Part shown: piece after piece, positions 38,275 to 49,630 of the stretch
How the letters are laid out: each line of letters opens with the position of its first letter
Numbering within the stretch: the stretch's first letter is position 1
Assembly (NCBI GenBank): GCA_030390025.1
Contig: CM059431.1
Span: forward strand, 139,874,001 to 139,938,000
Reading direction: 5' to 3'
Source: Squalus acanthias
Taxonomy: Eukaryota
DNA: 64,000 nucleotides
Notes under the pieces: model-generated
What the model saw: the letters and a program-made list of their open reading frames with translations, nothing else
Databases searched by the model: none
What the model was told of the DNA's origin: nothing
Program-made: the position numbers and the translations under genes

Positions 38275-41200
38275 TGTCTGATCGCACAGCGCCCATCCTC
38301 CCGGGTTACACACTGTCTGATCTCACTGGGCCCATTCTCCCCGGGTTACACACTGTCTGATCTCACTGGGCCCATCCTCCCCGGGGTACACACTGTCTGA
38401 TCTCACTGGGCCCATCCTCCCCGGGTTACACACTGTTTATCTCACTGGGCCCATCCTCCCCGGGTTACACACTGTCTGATCTCACTGGGCCCATCCTCCC
38501 AGGGTTACACACTGTCTGATCTCACTGGGCCATCCTCCCCGGGTTACACACTGTCTCATCTCACTGGGCCCATCGTCCCCCGGTTACACGCTGTCTGATC
38601 TCACTGGGCACATCCTCCCCGGGTTACACACTGTCTGATCTCACTGAGCCCATCCTCCCCGGGTTACAAACTGTCTGATCTCACTGGGCCCATCCTCCCC
38701 GGGGTACACACTGTCTGAGCTCACTGGGCCCATCCTCCCCGGGTTGCACACTGTCTGATCTCACTGGGCCCATCCTCCCCGGGTTACACACTGTCTCATC
38801 TCACTGGGCCCATCCTCCCAGTGTTACACACTGTCTGATCTCACTGGGCCCATCCTCCCCGGGTTACACACTGTCTGATTTATCTGGGCCCATCCTCCCC
38901 GGGTTTCACACTGTCTGATCTCACTGGGCACATCCTCCCAGGGTTACAAACTGTCTGATCTCACTGGGCCCATCCTCCCCGGGTTACACACTGTCTCATC
39001 TCACTGGGCCCATCCTCCCAGTGTTACACATTGTCTGATCTCATGGGCCCATCCTCCACGGGTTTCACACTGTCTGATCTCACTGGGCACATCCTCAAAG
39101 GGTTACACACTGTCTGAATACACTGGGCCCATCCTCCCCGGGTTACACACTGTCTGATCTCACTGGGCCCATCCTCCCCGGGTTACATACTGTCTGATCT
39201 CACTGGGCCCATCCTCCCGAAGTTACACAGTGCCAGATCTCACTGGGACATTCCTCCCCGGGTTACACACTGCCTGATCTCACTGGGCCCATCCTCCCCG
39301 GGTTACATACTGTCTGATCTCACTGGGCCCATCCTCCCCGGGTTACACACTGTCTGATCTCACTGGGCCCATCCTCCCGAAGTTACACAGTGTCAGATCT
39401 CACTGGGCCATTCCTCCCCGGGTTACACACTGCCTGATCTCACTGGGCCCATCCTCCCCGGGTTACACACTGTCTGATCTCACTGGGCCCATCCTCCCCG
39501 TTTGAACACTGCCTGATCTCACTGGGCCCATCCTCCCCGGGTTATACACTGTCTGCTGTCACTGGGCCCAGCCTCCCCAGGTTACACACTGTCTGATCTC
39601 ACTGGGCCCATCCTCCCCAGGTTACACACTGCCTGATCTCACTGAGCCCATGCTCCCCGGGTTACACACTGCCTGATCTCACTGGGCCCATCCTCCCCGG
39701 GTTACACACTGCCTGAACTCACTGGGCCCATCCTCCCCGGGCTACAGTCTGACTGATCGCACTGGGCCCATCCTCCCCGGGTTACACACTGTCCGATCTC
39801 ACTGGACTCATCCTCTCCGGGTTACACACTGTCTGATCTCAAAGGCCCATCCTCCCCTGGTTACACATTGTCTGGTCTCTCAGGGCCCATCCTCCCCGGG
39901 TTACACACTGTCTGATCTCACTGGGCCCAGCATCCCCGGGCTACACAGTGTCTGATCTCACTGGGCCCATCCTCCCCGGGTTACACACTGTCTGATCACA
40001 CTGGGCCCATCTCCCCCGGGTTACAAACTGTCTGATCCCACTGGGCCCATCCTCCCCTGGGTATATTTTGTCTGAAATCACTGGGGCCATCCTCCCCAGG
40101 TTACAGTGTTTGATCTAACTGGGCCCAACCTCCCCGGGTTACTCACTGTCTGATCTCACTGGGCCCATCCTTCCCGGGTTACACACTGTCTGATCTCACT
40201 GGGCCCATCCTCCCGTGGGTACATTTTCTCTGAAATCACTGGGCCCATCCTCCCCGGGTTACACACTGTCTGATCTCACTGGGCCCATCCTCCCTGGGTT
40301 ACTAACTGTCTGATCTCACTGGGCCCATCCTCCCTGGGTTACACACTGTCTGATGTCACTGGGCCCATCCTCCCCGGGTTACACACTGTCTGATCACACT
40401 GGGCCCATCATCCCCGGGTTACACACTGTCTGATCTCACTGGGACAAACCTCCCCGAGTTACATCCTGTTTGATCACACTGTGCCCATCCTACCCTGGAT
40501 GCAACCTGTCTGATATCACTGGGACAATCCTCTCCGTGTTACACACTGACTGATCTCACTTGCTCCATCTCCCCCGGGTTACAAACTGTCTGATCCCACT
40601 GGGACCATCCTCCCCTGGGTACATTTTATCTGAAATCACCGGGGCCATCCTCCCCGGGTTACAGTGTTTGATCTCACTGGGCCCATCCTCCCCGGGATAC
40701 TCACTGTCTGATCTCACTGGGCCCATCCTCCCCGGGTTACACACTGTCTGATCTCACTGGGCCCATCCTCCCCGGGTTACACATTGCCTGATCTCACTGG
40801 GCCCAGCATCCCCGGGTTACACACTGTCTGATTACACTGGGCCCATCATCCCCGGGTTACACACTGTCTGATCTCACTAGGACAATCCTCCCCGAGTTAC
40901 ATCCTGTTTGATCACACTGGGCCCATCCTACCCTGGATACAACCTGTCTAATTTCACTGGGACCATCCTCTCCGAGTTACACACTGACTGATCTCACTTG
41001 CTCCATCTCCCCCGGGTTACAAACTGTCTGATCCCACTGAGCCCATCCTCCCCTGGGTACATTTTATCTGAAATCACTGGGGCCATCCTCCCCGGGTTAC
41101 ACACAGTCTGATCTCACTGGGCCCATCCTCCCCGGGTTACACACTGTCTGATCTCACTGGGCCCATCCTCCCCGGGTTACACATTGTCTGATCTCACTGG

Positions 41201-41441
41201 GCCCATCCTCCCCGGGTTACACACTGCCTGATCTCACTGAGCCCATCCTCCCCGGGTTACACACTGTCTGATCTCACTGGGCCCATACTCCCCGGATTAC
41301 ACACTGTCTGATCTCACTGGGCCCATCCTCCCCGGGTTACACACTGTCTGATATCACTAGGCCCATCCTCCCCGGGGTACACACTGTCTGATCACACTGG
41401 ACCCATCATCCCCGGGTTACACACTGTCTGATCTCACTGGG
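38275..41441. repeat. 40-bp satellite block 4, most homogeneous, about 79 units
   Basis: Many exact consensus copies in 40-bp register. Confidence 0.96.
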
Positions 41442-41489
41442 GGACTGAGTGTGTTGAGTTACAAAGCGGGTCTGTGACACTGTGAAGCC

Positions 41490-41775
41490 CCTCCCTCCCT
41501 CCCTCGCTGTGATCTGAACTCTGGGCTGAGCAGCCGCGCTGTCAGGCCGCGTGCTGAATGGAGCCGAGTTCCCTCAGTCACAGAGCGCGGCCCTTGTAAC
41601 CCGGGCAACCATCCTGTTTCTTACCGTCACTCACACACCGGCCCGCGCAGCCCGGCCCGGCACACAGCAAACCCCGCCCACTGCACATCCCCGGATCAGC
41701 AAGAGAGCGACAGTGCGCCTGCGCGGAGAGCAAGGAGCGAGAATGAATCACTGCAGCGCCACCGGTGGCGGGAGG
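41490..41775 (-). promoter_or_regulatory. CpG-rich candidate promoter / first exon
   Basis: CpG-dense unique DNA with a GC box ccccgccc (41672-41679) and an NRF1-like TGCGCCTGCGC (41714-41724). It also has the palindrome cgccaccggtggcg (41757-41770) and minus-strand donors gtgagt (41634) and gtaaga (41624). Confidence 0.55.
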
Positions 41776-41779
41776 ACTA

Positions 41780-42165
41780 CACAGCAACAGGAGAAGGCCA
41801 TTCAGCCCCTCCAGCCAGTTCCACCATTCAATTAGACGATGGCTGATCTGTGTCTTAACCCCATGGACCTGCCTTGGCTCCATAACCCTTAATGCCCAAC
41901 AAACATCTATTAATCTCAGTTTTGACATTTTTAATTGACCCCCAGCCTCAACAGATTGTTGGGGGAAGAGTTCCAGATTGCCACCGCCCTTTGTGTGAAG
42001 AAATGCTTTCCACCATCCAAGGGGAACTAGATAAGTACCTGAAGGAAAATAACTTGCAGGGCTACGGGGAAAGAGCGGGTGATTGAGCTGAAGTGCTCTT
42101 GTAGAGAGCCGGCACGGGCTCAACGGGTCAAATGGCCTCCTACTGTGCTGTAACAATGATTCTAT
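41780..42165. mobile_element. Two short CR1 3'-end fragments in opposite orientation
   Basis: Minus-strand 3' UTR at about 41780-42005 and plus-strand ELDKYLKENNLQGYGERAG with 3' UTR at about 42015-42165. Confidence 0.7.
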
Positions 42166-42351
42166 CACCCCTTAATGGCCTAGATTATTTATTGAGAGCT
42201 GGATCTGAAATATATTTGAGTGTCTGGAACTACCTTAACACGCAGTAGAATATTGATATTGTGGGGAACATAAAGGTCAGTTCTTTCCAAGTTGGTGCTG
42301 GGGGCGGGGAGACAGTTAATATCTGCTGGGCTCTTGGATCAAACCCCTTCC

Positions 42352-43378
42352 AATCTTACAACACAGGAGGCCATTCTGCCCACGGTGCCTGTGCCGGCTC
42401 TTTGAAAAGATGTCCAAACTAGTCCCACACCCCATCTTTCTCCCCATAACCCTGCAAATTCATCCTCTTCAAGTACAGGTCCAATTACCTTTGGAAAGTT
42501 CCCATGGAATTTGTTTCCATCAGGTTATCATGTGGTGCATTCCAGATCTTAAACCGGTGTGTACAACAAATTCTCCTAATTTCCCCTCCAGTTCTTTTGT
42601 CAATTATTTTAAAACTGTGACGTTTCGTTAACGCCCCACTTGCCAGAGGAAACATTTCTTCCTACTTGCTCGATCAAAAACTCTCACGATTTCGAATATC
42701 TCTGTTCGCTCTTCCCTTAACCTTCTCTGCTCTAAAGGCAACAATCCCAGCTTCTCCGATCTCTCCACATAATTGAAGTCCGTCATCCCTGGTGTCATCC
42801 TGGTAAACCACCTCTGTACCCTCTCCATGGCCTTGGCATCCTTCCTAAAGTGCGGTGCCCAGAATTGTACACAATACTCCAGCACAACCAGTGATTTGTT
42901 TTTGTCTTCAATGCCCCATTTACAAAGCAAAATATCGCACGCACTCTCTAAAATGCCTCATCAACTTATCCCGTCACCTTCAAAGATTTCTGAATATTCA
43001 TCCCCAGATCCCTTTGCTATTCCCACCCCCTCAAAATATGACAATCAAGTCTGTTCACACTGATCCGCATTAAATAGCATCTGCCATGTGTCTGCCCATT
43101 TCACCAGATTGTCTGTGTCTTTCTGAAGTCTGCTATTATCCAGCTCACCATTTACAAGAGTCAAACTTTGTATCATCAGCAAACCTCGAAGGTTCACTCC
43201 CTATACCGAAGTCCAGGTCATTTAAAATATAAGGAAACCAAAGGTCCCAAATCCGACCCCTGGATGACCCAATGCAGACTTCTCTCCAGTCAGAAAAACA
43301 TCCGTTCACCACTGCTCTCTGCCTCCTATCACTCAGACAATTAGGAACCCAATTTACCACCGTCCCTTTAATACCATG
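42352..43378 (-). mobile_element. Degraded CR1 RT/3' fragment
   Basis: Reads RQRAVVNGCFSDW, RFADDTK and LEYCVQFWAPHFRKD. Confidence 0.85.
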
Positions 43379-43385
43379 TCCATCT

Positions 43386-43868
43386 CAGTGTGTATCTGAG
43401 TCAATGGGACTCTCTCTGACCTTTCTCCCCAGTCCATCTCCAGGACCAGTGTGTATCTGAGTCAATGGGACTCTCTCTGACCTTTCTCCCCGGTCCATCT
43501 CCAGGACCATTGTGTATCTGAGTCAATGGGACTCTCTCTGACCTTTCTCCCCGGTCCATCTCCAGGACCAGTGTGTATCTGAGTCAATGGGACTCACTCT
43601 TACCTTGCTCCGCAGTCGATCTCCAGGACCAGTGTGTATCTGAGTCAATGGAACTCCCTCTGACCTTTTTCCCCAGTCGATCTCCAGGACCAGTGTGTAT
43701 CTGAGTCAATGGGACTCCCTTTGACCTTTCTCCCCAGTCCATCTCCAGGACCAGTGTGTATCTGAGTCAATGGGACTCTCTCTGACCAATCTCCCAGATC
43801 CATCTCCAGCACCAGTGTGTATCTGAGTCAATGGGACTCACTCTTACCTTGCTCCGCAGTCGATCTCT
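43386..43868. repeat. 61-bp minisatellite, 8 units
   Basis: gtatctgagtcaatgg recurs every 61 bp from 43392 to 43819. Confidence 0.93.
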
Positions 43869-44016
43869 GGAAGCTCTTTGAATCGGAAGGGCTCTCTCTG
43901 GTTGGTGCTCTCACAATCCTGTGCTGGTTCACCTGCTGCTCCTCAGTCTACAATCCATGTTTACTTCCAGCTGTGGACCTTCCTCAATCACTCCATCATT
44001 CACCGGGAGATCTAAT
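43855..44016 (-). pseudogene. Third, partial copy of the gene B exon block
   Basis: cagtcgatctctggaagctctttgaatcggaaggg...cattcaccgggagat matches 18162-18320 and 36862-37020. Confidence 0.7.
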
Positions 44017-44044
44017 GATGGCCTTTCTCCCCAGTCCATCTCCA

Positions 44045-46386
44045 TAGGCAATGGCTAACATTTAAGGAACAAATGCATGAATTGTAACAGTTATAGTTTC
44101 CTTTCTGGCGCAAAAACACTTGATAGAATTCTTCATTAAGATGGAAAGTGAAAAAGTCCGATCCGAAACTAGGGTCCTAAATCTAAACAAAGGAAACTAC
44201 AAAGGTATGAGGAGTGAGTTGGCTATGAGATTGGGGAGCTTCATTAAAAGGCATGACGGTGGATAGGCAATGGCTAACATTTAAGGAACGAATGCATGAA
44301 TTGCAACTGTTGAACATTCCTTTCTGGCACAAAAACACAAAAGGAAAAGCGGCCCAACCATGGCTAACAAAATCAATTAAGGATAGTATTAGATCCAAAA
44401 AGGAGTCATATAAAGTTGCCAGAAAAAGTAGCAAGCCTGAGGATTGGGAGCAGTTTAGAGTTCAGCAAAAAAAGGACCAAGAGATTGATTAAGAGGGGAA
44501 AAAGAGAGTATGAGAGTAAACTGGCAAGGAACAGAAAAGCAGACGGTAAAAGCTTCTAAAAGTATGTAAAAAGTTAAAGATTAATGAAGACAAATGTAGG
44601 TCCCTTACAGGCTGAGACAGGAGAAATTATAATGGGGAATATGGAAATGGCAGAGCAATTAAACAAATACATTGTGTCCTCTTCCATGAAGACAGAACCA
44701 AATAACTTCCCAGAAATGCTAGGGAATGAAGGGTCTAGTGAGAAGGAAGAATTAAAGGCAATTAGTATTAGTAAAAAAAGTGCAGGATAAATTAATGAGA
44801 CTGAAAGCCAATAAATCCCCAGTGCCTGATAATCTGTATCCCAGAGTACAAATAGAGTTAGCCATTGAAATATTGGATGCATTGGTTGTCATCTTCCATA
44901 ATCTATAGAATTTTGGAACAGTTCCTGCCGATTGGAGGGTGGCAAATGTAACCCCACTATTTAAAACAGGAGGGATAGAGAAAACAGGGAACTACAGACC
45001 GGATAGCCGAACATCAGTAGTAGGGAAAATGCTAGAGTCTAATATAAAGGATGTGATAACAGGACACTTAGAAAATATCAACGGGATTAGACAAAGTCAA
45101 CCTGGATTTATGAAAGGGAAATCGTGTTTGACAAACCTTCTGGAGTTTTTTGAGGATGTAACTGGTAGAATAGATAAGGGAGAACCAGTGGATGTGGTTA
45201 ATTTGGATTTTCAGAAGGCGTTTGATAAAGTCCCACATAAGAGGTCAGTGTCCAAAATTAAAGCACATGGGATTGGGGGTAATATACTGGCATGGATTGA
45301 AAATTGGTTAACAGACAGGAAACAGAGTAGAAATAAATGGCTCTTTTTCGGGGTGGCAGGCGGTGACGAGTGGTGTACCGCAGGGATTAGTGCTTGTTCC
45401 CCAGCTATTCACCATATATATCAATGATTTGGATGAGGGAACCAAATGTAATATTTCCAGGTTTGCTGATGACACAAACCTAAGTGCATCCTCCTCACTA
45501 CTCACAATCCCAAAGAGGCTTCAAGGAGATTTAGACAAGTTGAGTGAGTGGGAAAATACATGGCAGGTGCAGTATAATGTGGATAAATGTGAAGTTATCC
45601 ACTTCGGTAGGAAAAACAGAAAGGCAGAGTATTATTTAAATGGTGATAGGTTGGGAAATGTTGATGTACAAAGGGACCTGGGTGTCCTTGTTCACCAGTC
45701 ACTGAAAGCAAACATGCAGGTGCAGCAAGCAGTTAGGAAGGCAAATGGTATGTTGGCCTTCATTGCAAGAGGATTTGAGTACAGGAGCAAGGATGTCTTA
45801 CTGCAGTTGTACAGGGCCTTGGTGAGACCACACCTGGAGCACTGTGTGCAGTTTTGGTCTCCTTACCCAAGAAAGGATATACTTATCATAGAGGGAGTGC
45901 AGCAAAGGTTCACCAGACTGATTACTGGGATGGCAGGACTGCCATATGATGAGAGATTGGGTCAACTAGGCCTGTATTCACTAGAGTTTAGAAGAATGAG
46001 AGGGGATCTCATTGAAACTTATAAAATTCTGACAGGTCTAGATAGACTGGATGCAGGGAGGATGTTTCCCCTGCCTGGAGGGTCTAGAACGAGGGGTCTT
46101 GGACTCAGGATACAGGGTAGAATATTTAGGACTGAGATGAGGAGAACTTTCTTCACTCAGAGGGTGTTGAACCTGTGGCATTCTCTACCACAGAAGGCTG
46201 TGGAGGCCAAGTCACTGAATATATTTAAGAAGGAGATAGATAGATTTCTAGACACAAAAGGCATCAAGGTGTATGGGGAGAGAGCGGGAATATGGTATTC
46301 AGATAGAGGATCAGCCATGATCATATTGAATGGCAGAGCAGGCTCGAATGGCCTATTCCTGCTCCTATTTTTCTATGTTTCTATGT
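44045..46386 (+). mobile_element. 5'-truncated CR1 (ORF2 RT to 3' tail) inserted in a 61-bp repeat unit
   Basis: Reads FQKAFDKVPH, SGVPQG and RFADDT, with the CR1 C-terminus and a ttctatgtttctatgt tail. Confidence 0.93.
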
Positions 46387-46655
46387 ATCTGAGTCAATGG
46401 GACTCTCTCTGACCTTTCTCCTCGGTCCATCTCCAGGACCAGTGTGTATCTGAGTCAATGGGACTCTCTCTGACCTTTCTCCTCGGTCCATCTCCAGGAC
46501 CAGTGTGTATCTGAGTCAATGGGACTCTCTCTGACCTTTCTCCCCAGTCCATCTCCAGGACCAGTGTGTATCTGAGTCAATGGGACTCTCTCTGACCTTT
46601 CTCTCCAGTCCATCTCCAGGACCAGTGTGTATCTGAGTCAATGGGACTCTCTCTC
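46384..46655. repeat. 61-bp minisatellite, about 4.5 homogeneous units
   Basis: gtatctgagtcaatgg at 46385, 46446, 46507, 46568 and 46629. Confidence 0.93.
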
Positions 46656-46859
46656 ACTGACTCAGAGGTGAGCTGTGTCTGCAGTTCGCTGCAAACTGTA
46701 AAGTTTGGCTGTGTGGGGCGGGGCAGGAAGGTTTCTAGCTACAAGTGAGGCATATTAATCAGAATATTCAACAATCACAACCGGCATTAACTGTGGCTCA
46801 GTGCAGGAACACTCAGACTGAACTGTCCCCGTGTTGGAGAGCGAGAGACAAGAGGATCA

Positions 46860-47814
46860 CATACATCGGATTACATCGGATATACAGGCGCAGTAACAGG
46901 CCATTCGGCCCAAACAGGCCACGCCGGCGTTTATGCTCCTCTCGAGCCCCCTCCCGCCTTTCCTCATCGAAAACTATCAGCATAATCCTCTATTCCTTTC
47001 TCCCTCATATGCTTGCCTAGCCTCCCCTTAAATGCATCTATACTATTCGCTTCAAACACTCCCTGTGGTAGCGAGTTCCACATTCTCACCACTCTTTGTA
47101 AAGAAGTTTCTTCTTAATTCCCTGTTGGATTGCTTGGTGACTATCTTTGATTGATGGCCTCTAGTTATGCTCCTCCCAACAGAGTGGATACAGAGAGAAT
47201 GTTTCCACTTATCAAAAGCTTTCATAATTTTAAATAACTCTATTGGGTTACCCCTCAGCCTTCTTTTTTCAAGGGAAAAGAGACCCTGTTCATCCTTTCC
47301 TGATATGTATACACTCGCATTTCTGGTATCATCCTTGTAAATCATCTCTGCACCCTCTCCAGTGCCTCTATATCAGTTTTATAATATGACACCCAGAACT
47401 GCATGCAGTACTCCAAGTGTGGTCGAACCAAGGTTCGATACAGGTTTAGCATAACTTCCCTACTTTTAATTCTATACTTCTAGAAATAAACCCTAGTTCT
47501 TGGTTTACTTTTTTTTTAAGGCCTTGCTAACCTATGTCGCAACTTCTAGTAATTTGTGTATTTGTACTCCTAGATCCCTTTGTTCCTCTACCCCATCTAG
47601 ACTCGCACCCTCCAAGTGATGTGACCTCCCTATTCTTCCTGCCAAAATGTAATACCTCACATTTGTGTGTGTTGAACTTCATTTGCCAATTATATGCCCA
47701 TTCTGCAAGTTTATTAATGTCCTCCTGTATCTTGTTGCAGTCCTCCTCAGGATTGACTACCCCCACAATTTGGTATCATTCGCAAATTTAGAAATTGTGT
47801 TTTGATTCCGAAGT
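46860..47814 (-). mobile_element. CR1 RT C-terminal / 3' fragment
   Basis: Reads WQMKFNTHKCEVLHFGRKN and GLFSLEKRRLRG. Confidence 0.87.
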
Positions 47815-49130
47815 CGGAGAGGGGGGACGGCTCAGTCGAAGAGGGGGGGCGGCTCAGTCGGAGAGGTGGGGGCGGCTCAGTCGGAGAGAGGGGGGATGGC
47901 TCAGTCGGAGAGGGGGGGGGCGGCTCAGTCGGAGGGGGAGGCGGCTCAGTCGGAGAGGGGGGACGGCTCAGTCGCAGAGAGGGGGCGGCTCAGTCGGAGA
48001 GAGGGGGGGTTCAGTCTGAGAGAGGGGGGGTTCAGTCTGAGAGAGGGGGGGTTCAGCCTGAGAGAGGGGGGGTTCAGTCTGAGAGAGGGGGGGCGTTCAG
48101 TCTGAGAGAGGGGGGGGCTTCAGTCTGAGAGATGGGGGGGTTCAGTCTGAGAGAGGGGGGGGTTCAGACTGAGAGAGGGGGGGGTTCAGTCTGAGAGAGG
48201 GGGGGTCAGCCTGAGAGAGGGGGGGTTCAGTCTGAGAGAGGGGGGTTCAGTCTGAGAGAGGGGGGGTTCAGTCTGAGAGGGGGGGGGTTCAGTCTGAGAG
48301 AGGGGGGGGTTCAGTCTGAGAGAGGAGGGGCTTCAGTCTGAGAGAGGGGGGGTTAATTCTGAGAGAGGGGGCCGGTTCAGTCTGAGAGAGGGGCCGGTTC
48401 AGTCTGAGAGAGGGCGGTTCAGTCTGAGAGGGGGCGGTTCAGTCTGAGAGAGAGGGCGGTTCAGTCTGAGAGAGGGGGGGTTTCAGTCTGAGACAGGGGA
48501 CGGTTCAGTCTGAGACAGGGGACGGTTCAGTCTGAGAGAGGGGACGGTTCAGTCTGAGAGAGGGGGCGGTTCAGTCTGAGAGAGGGGGCGGTTCAGTCTG
48601 AGAGAGGGGGCGGTTCAGTCTGAGAGAGGGGGCGGTTCAGTCTGAGAGAAGGGGCGGTTCAGTCTGAGAGAGGGGGCGGTTCAGTCTGAGAGAGGGGGCG
48701 GTTCAGTCTGAGAGAGGGGGCGGTTCAGTCTGAGAGAGGGGCGGTTCAGTCTGAGAGGGGGCGGTTCAGTCTGAGAGAGGGGCGGTTCAGTCTGAGAGAG
48801 GGGGGCGGTTCAGTCTGAGAGAGGGCGGTTCAGTCTGAGAGGGGGCGGTTCAGTCTGAGAGGGGGCGGTTCAGTCTGAGAGGGGGCGGTTTAGTCTGAGA
48901 GGGGGCGGTTCAGTCTGAGAGGGGGCGGTTCAGTCTGAGAGGGGGCGGTTCAGTCTGAGAGGGGGCGGTTCAGTCTGAGAGGGGGCGGTTCAGTCTGAGA
49001 GGGGGCGGTTCAGTCTGAGAGGGGGCGGTTCAGTCTGAGAGGGGGCGGTTCAGTCTGAGAGGGGGCGGTTCAGTCTGAGAGGGGGCGGTTCAGTCTGAGA
49101 GGGGGCGGTTCAGTCTGAGAGGGGGCGGTT
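47812..49130 (+). repeat. G-rich ~20-23-bp satellite (GGTTCAGTCTGAGAGGGGGC), truncated by the gap
   Basis: Direct tandem repeats, almost exact 20-mers from about 48830 to the gap. Confidence 0.95.
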
Positions 49131-49630
49131 NNNNNNNNNNNNNNNNNNNNNNNNNNNNNNNNNNNNNNNNNNNNNNNNNNNNNNNNNNNNNNNNNNNNNN
49201 NNNNNNNNNNNNNNNNNNNNNNNNNNNNNNNNNNNNNNNNNNNNNNNNNNNNNNNNNNNNNNNNNNNNNNNNNNNNNNNNNNNNNNNNNNNNNNNNNNNN
49301 NNNNNNNNNNNNNNNNNNNNNNNNNNNNNNNNNNNNNNNNNNNNNNNNNNNNNNNNNNNNNNNNNNNNNNNNNNNNNNNNNNNNNNNNNNNNNNNNNNNN
49401 NNNNNNNNNNNNNNNNNNNNNNNNNNNNNNNNNNNNNNNNNNNNNNNNNNNNNNNNNNNNNNNNNNNNNNNNNNNNNNNNNNNNNNNNNNNNNNNNNNNN
49501 NNNNNNNNNNNNNNNNNNNNNNNNNNNNNNNNNNNNNNNNNNNNNNNNNNNNNNNNNNNNNNNNNNNNNNNNNNNNNNNNNNNNNNNNNNNNNNNNNNNN
49601 NNNNNNNNNNNNNNNNNNNNNNNNNNNNNN
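49131..49630. other. Assembly gap (500 N)
   Basis: A run of exactly 500 N between two different G-rich arrays. Confidence 0.99.

Noticed and set aside
38275..41441. CRISPR-like array
   Set aside because: The units are head-to-tail with no unique spacers, the context is vertebrate, and no cas genes are present.
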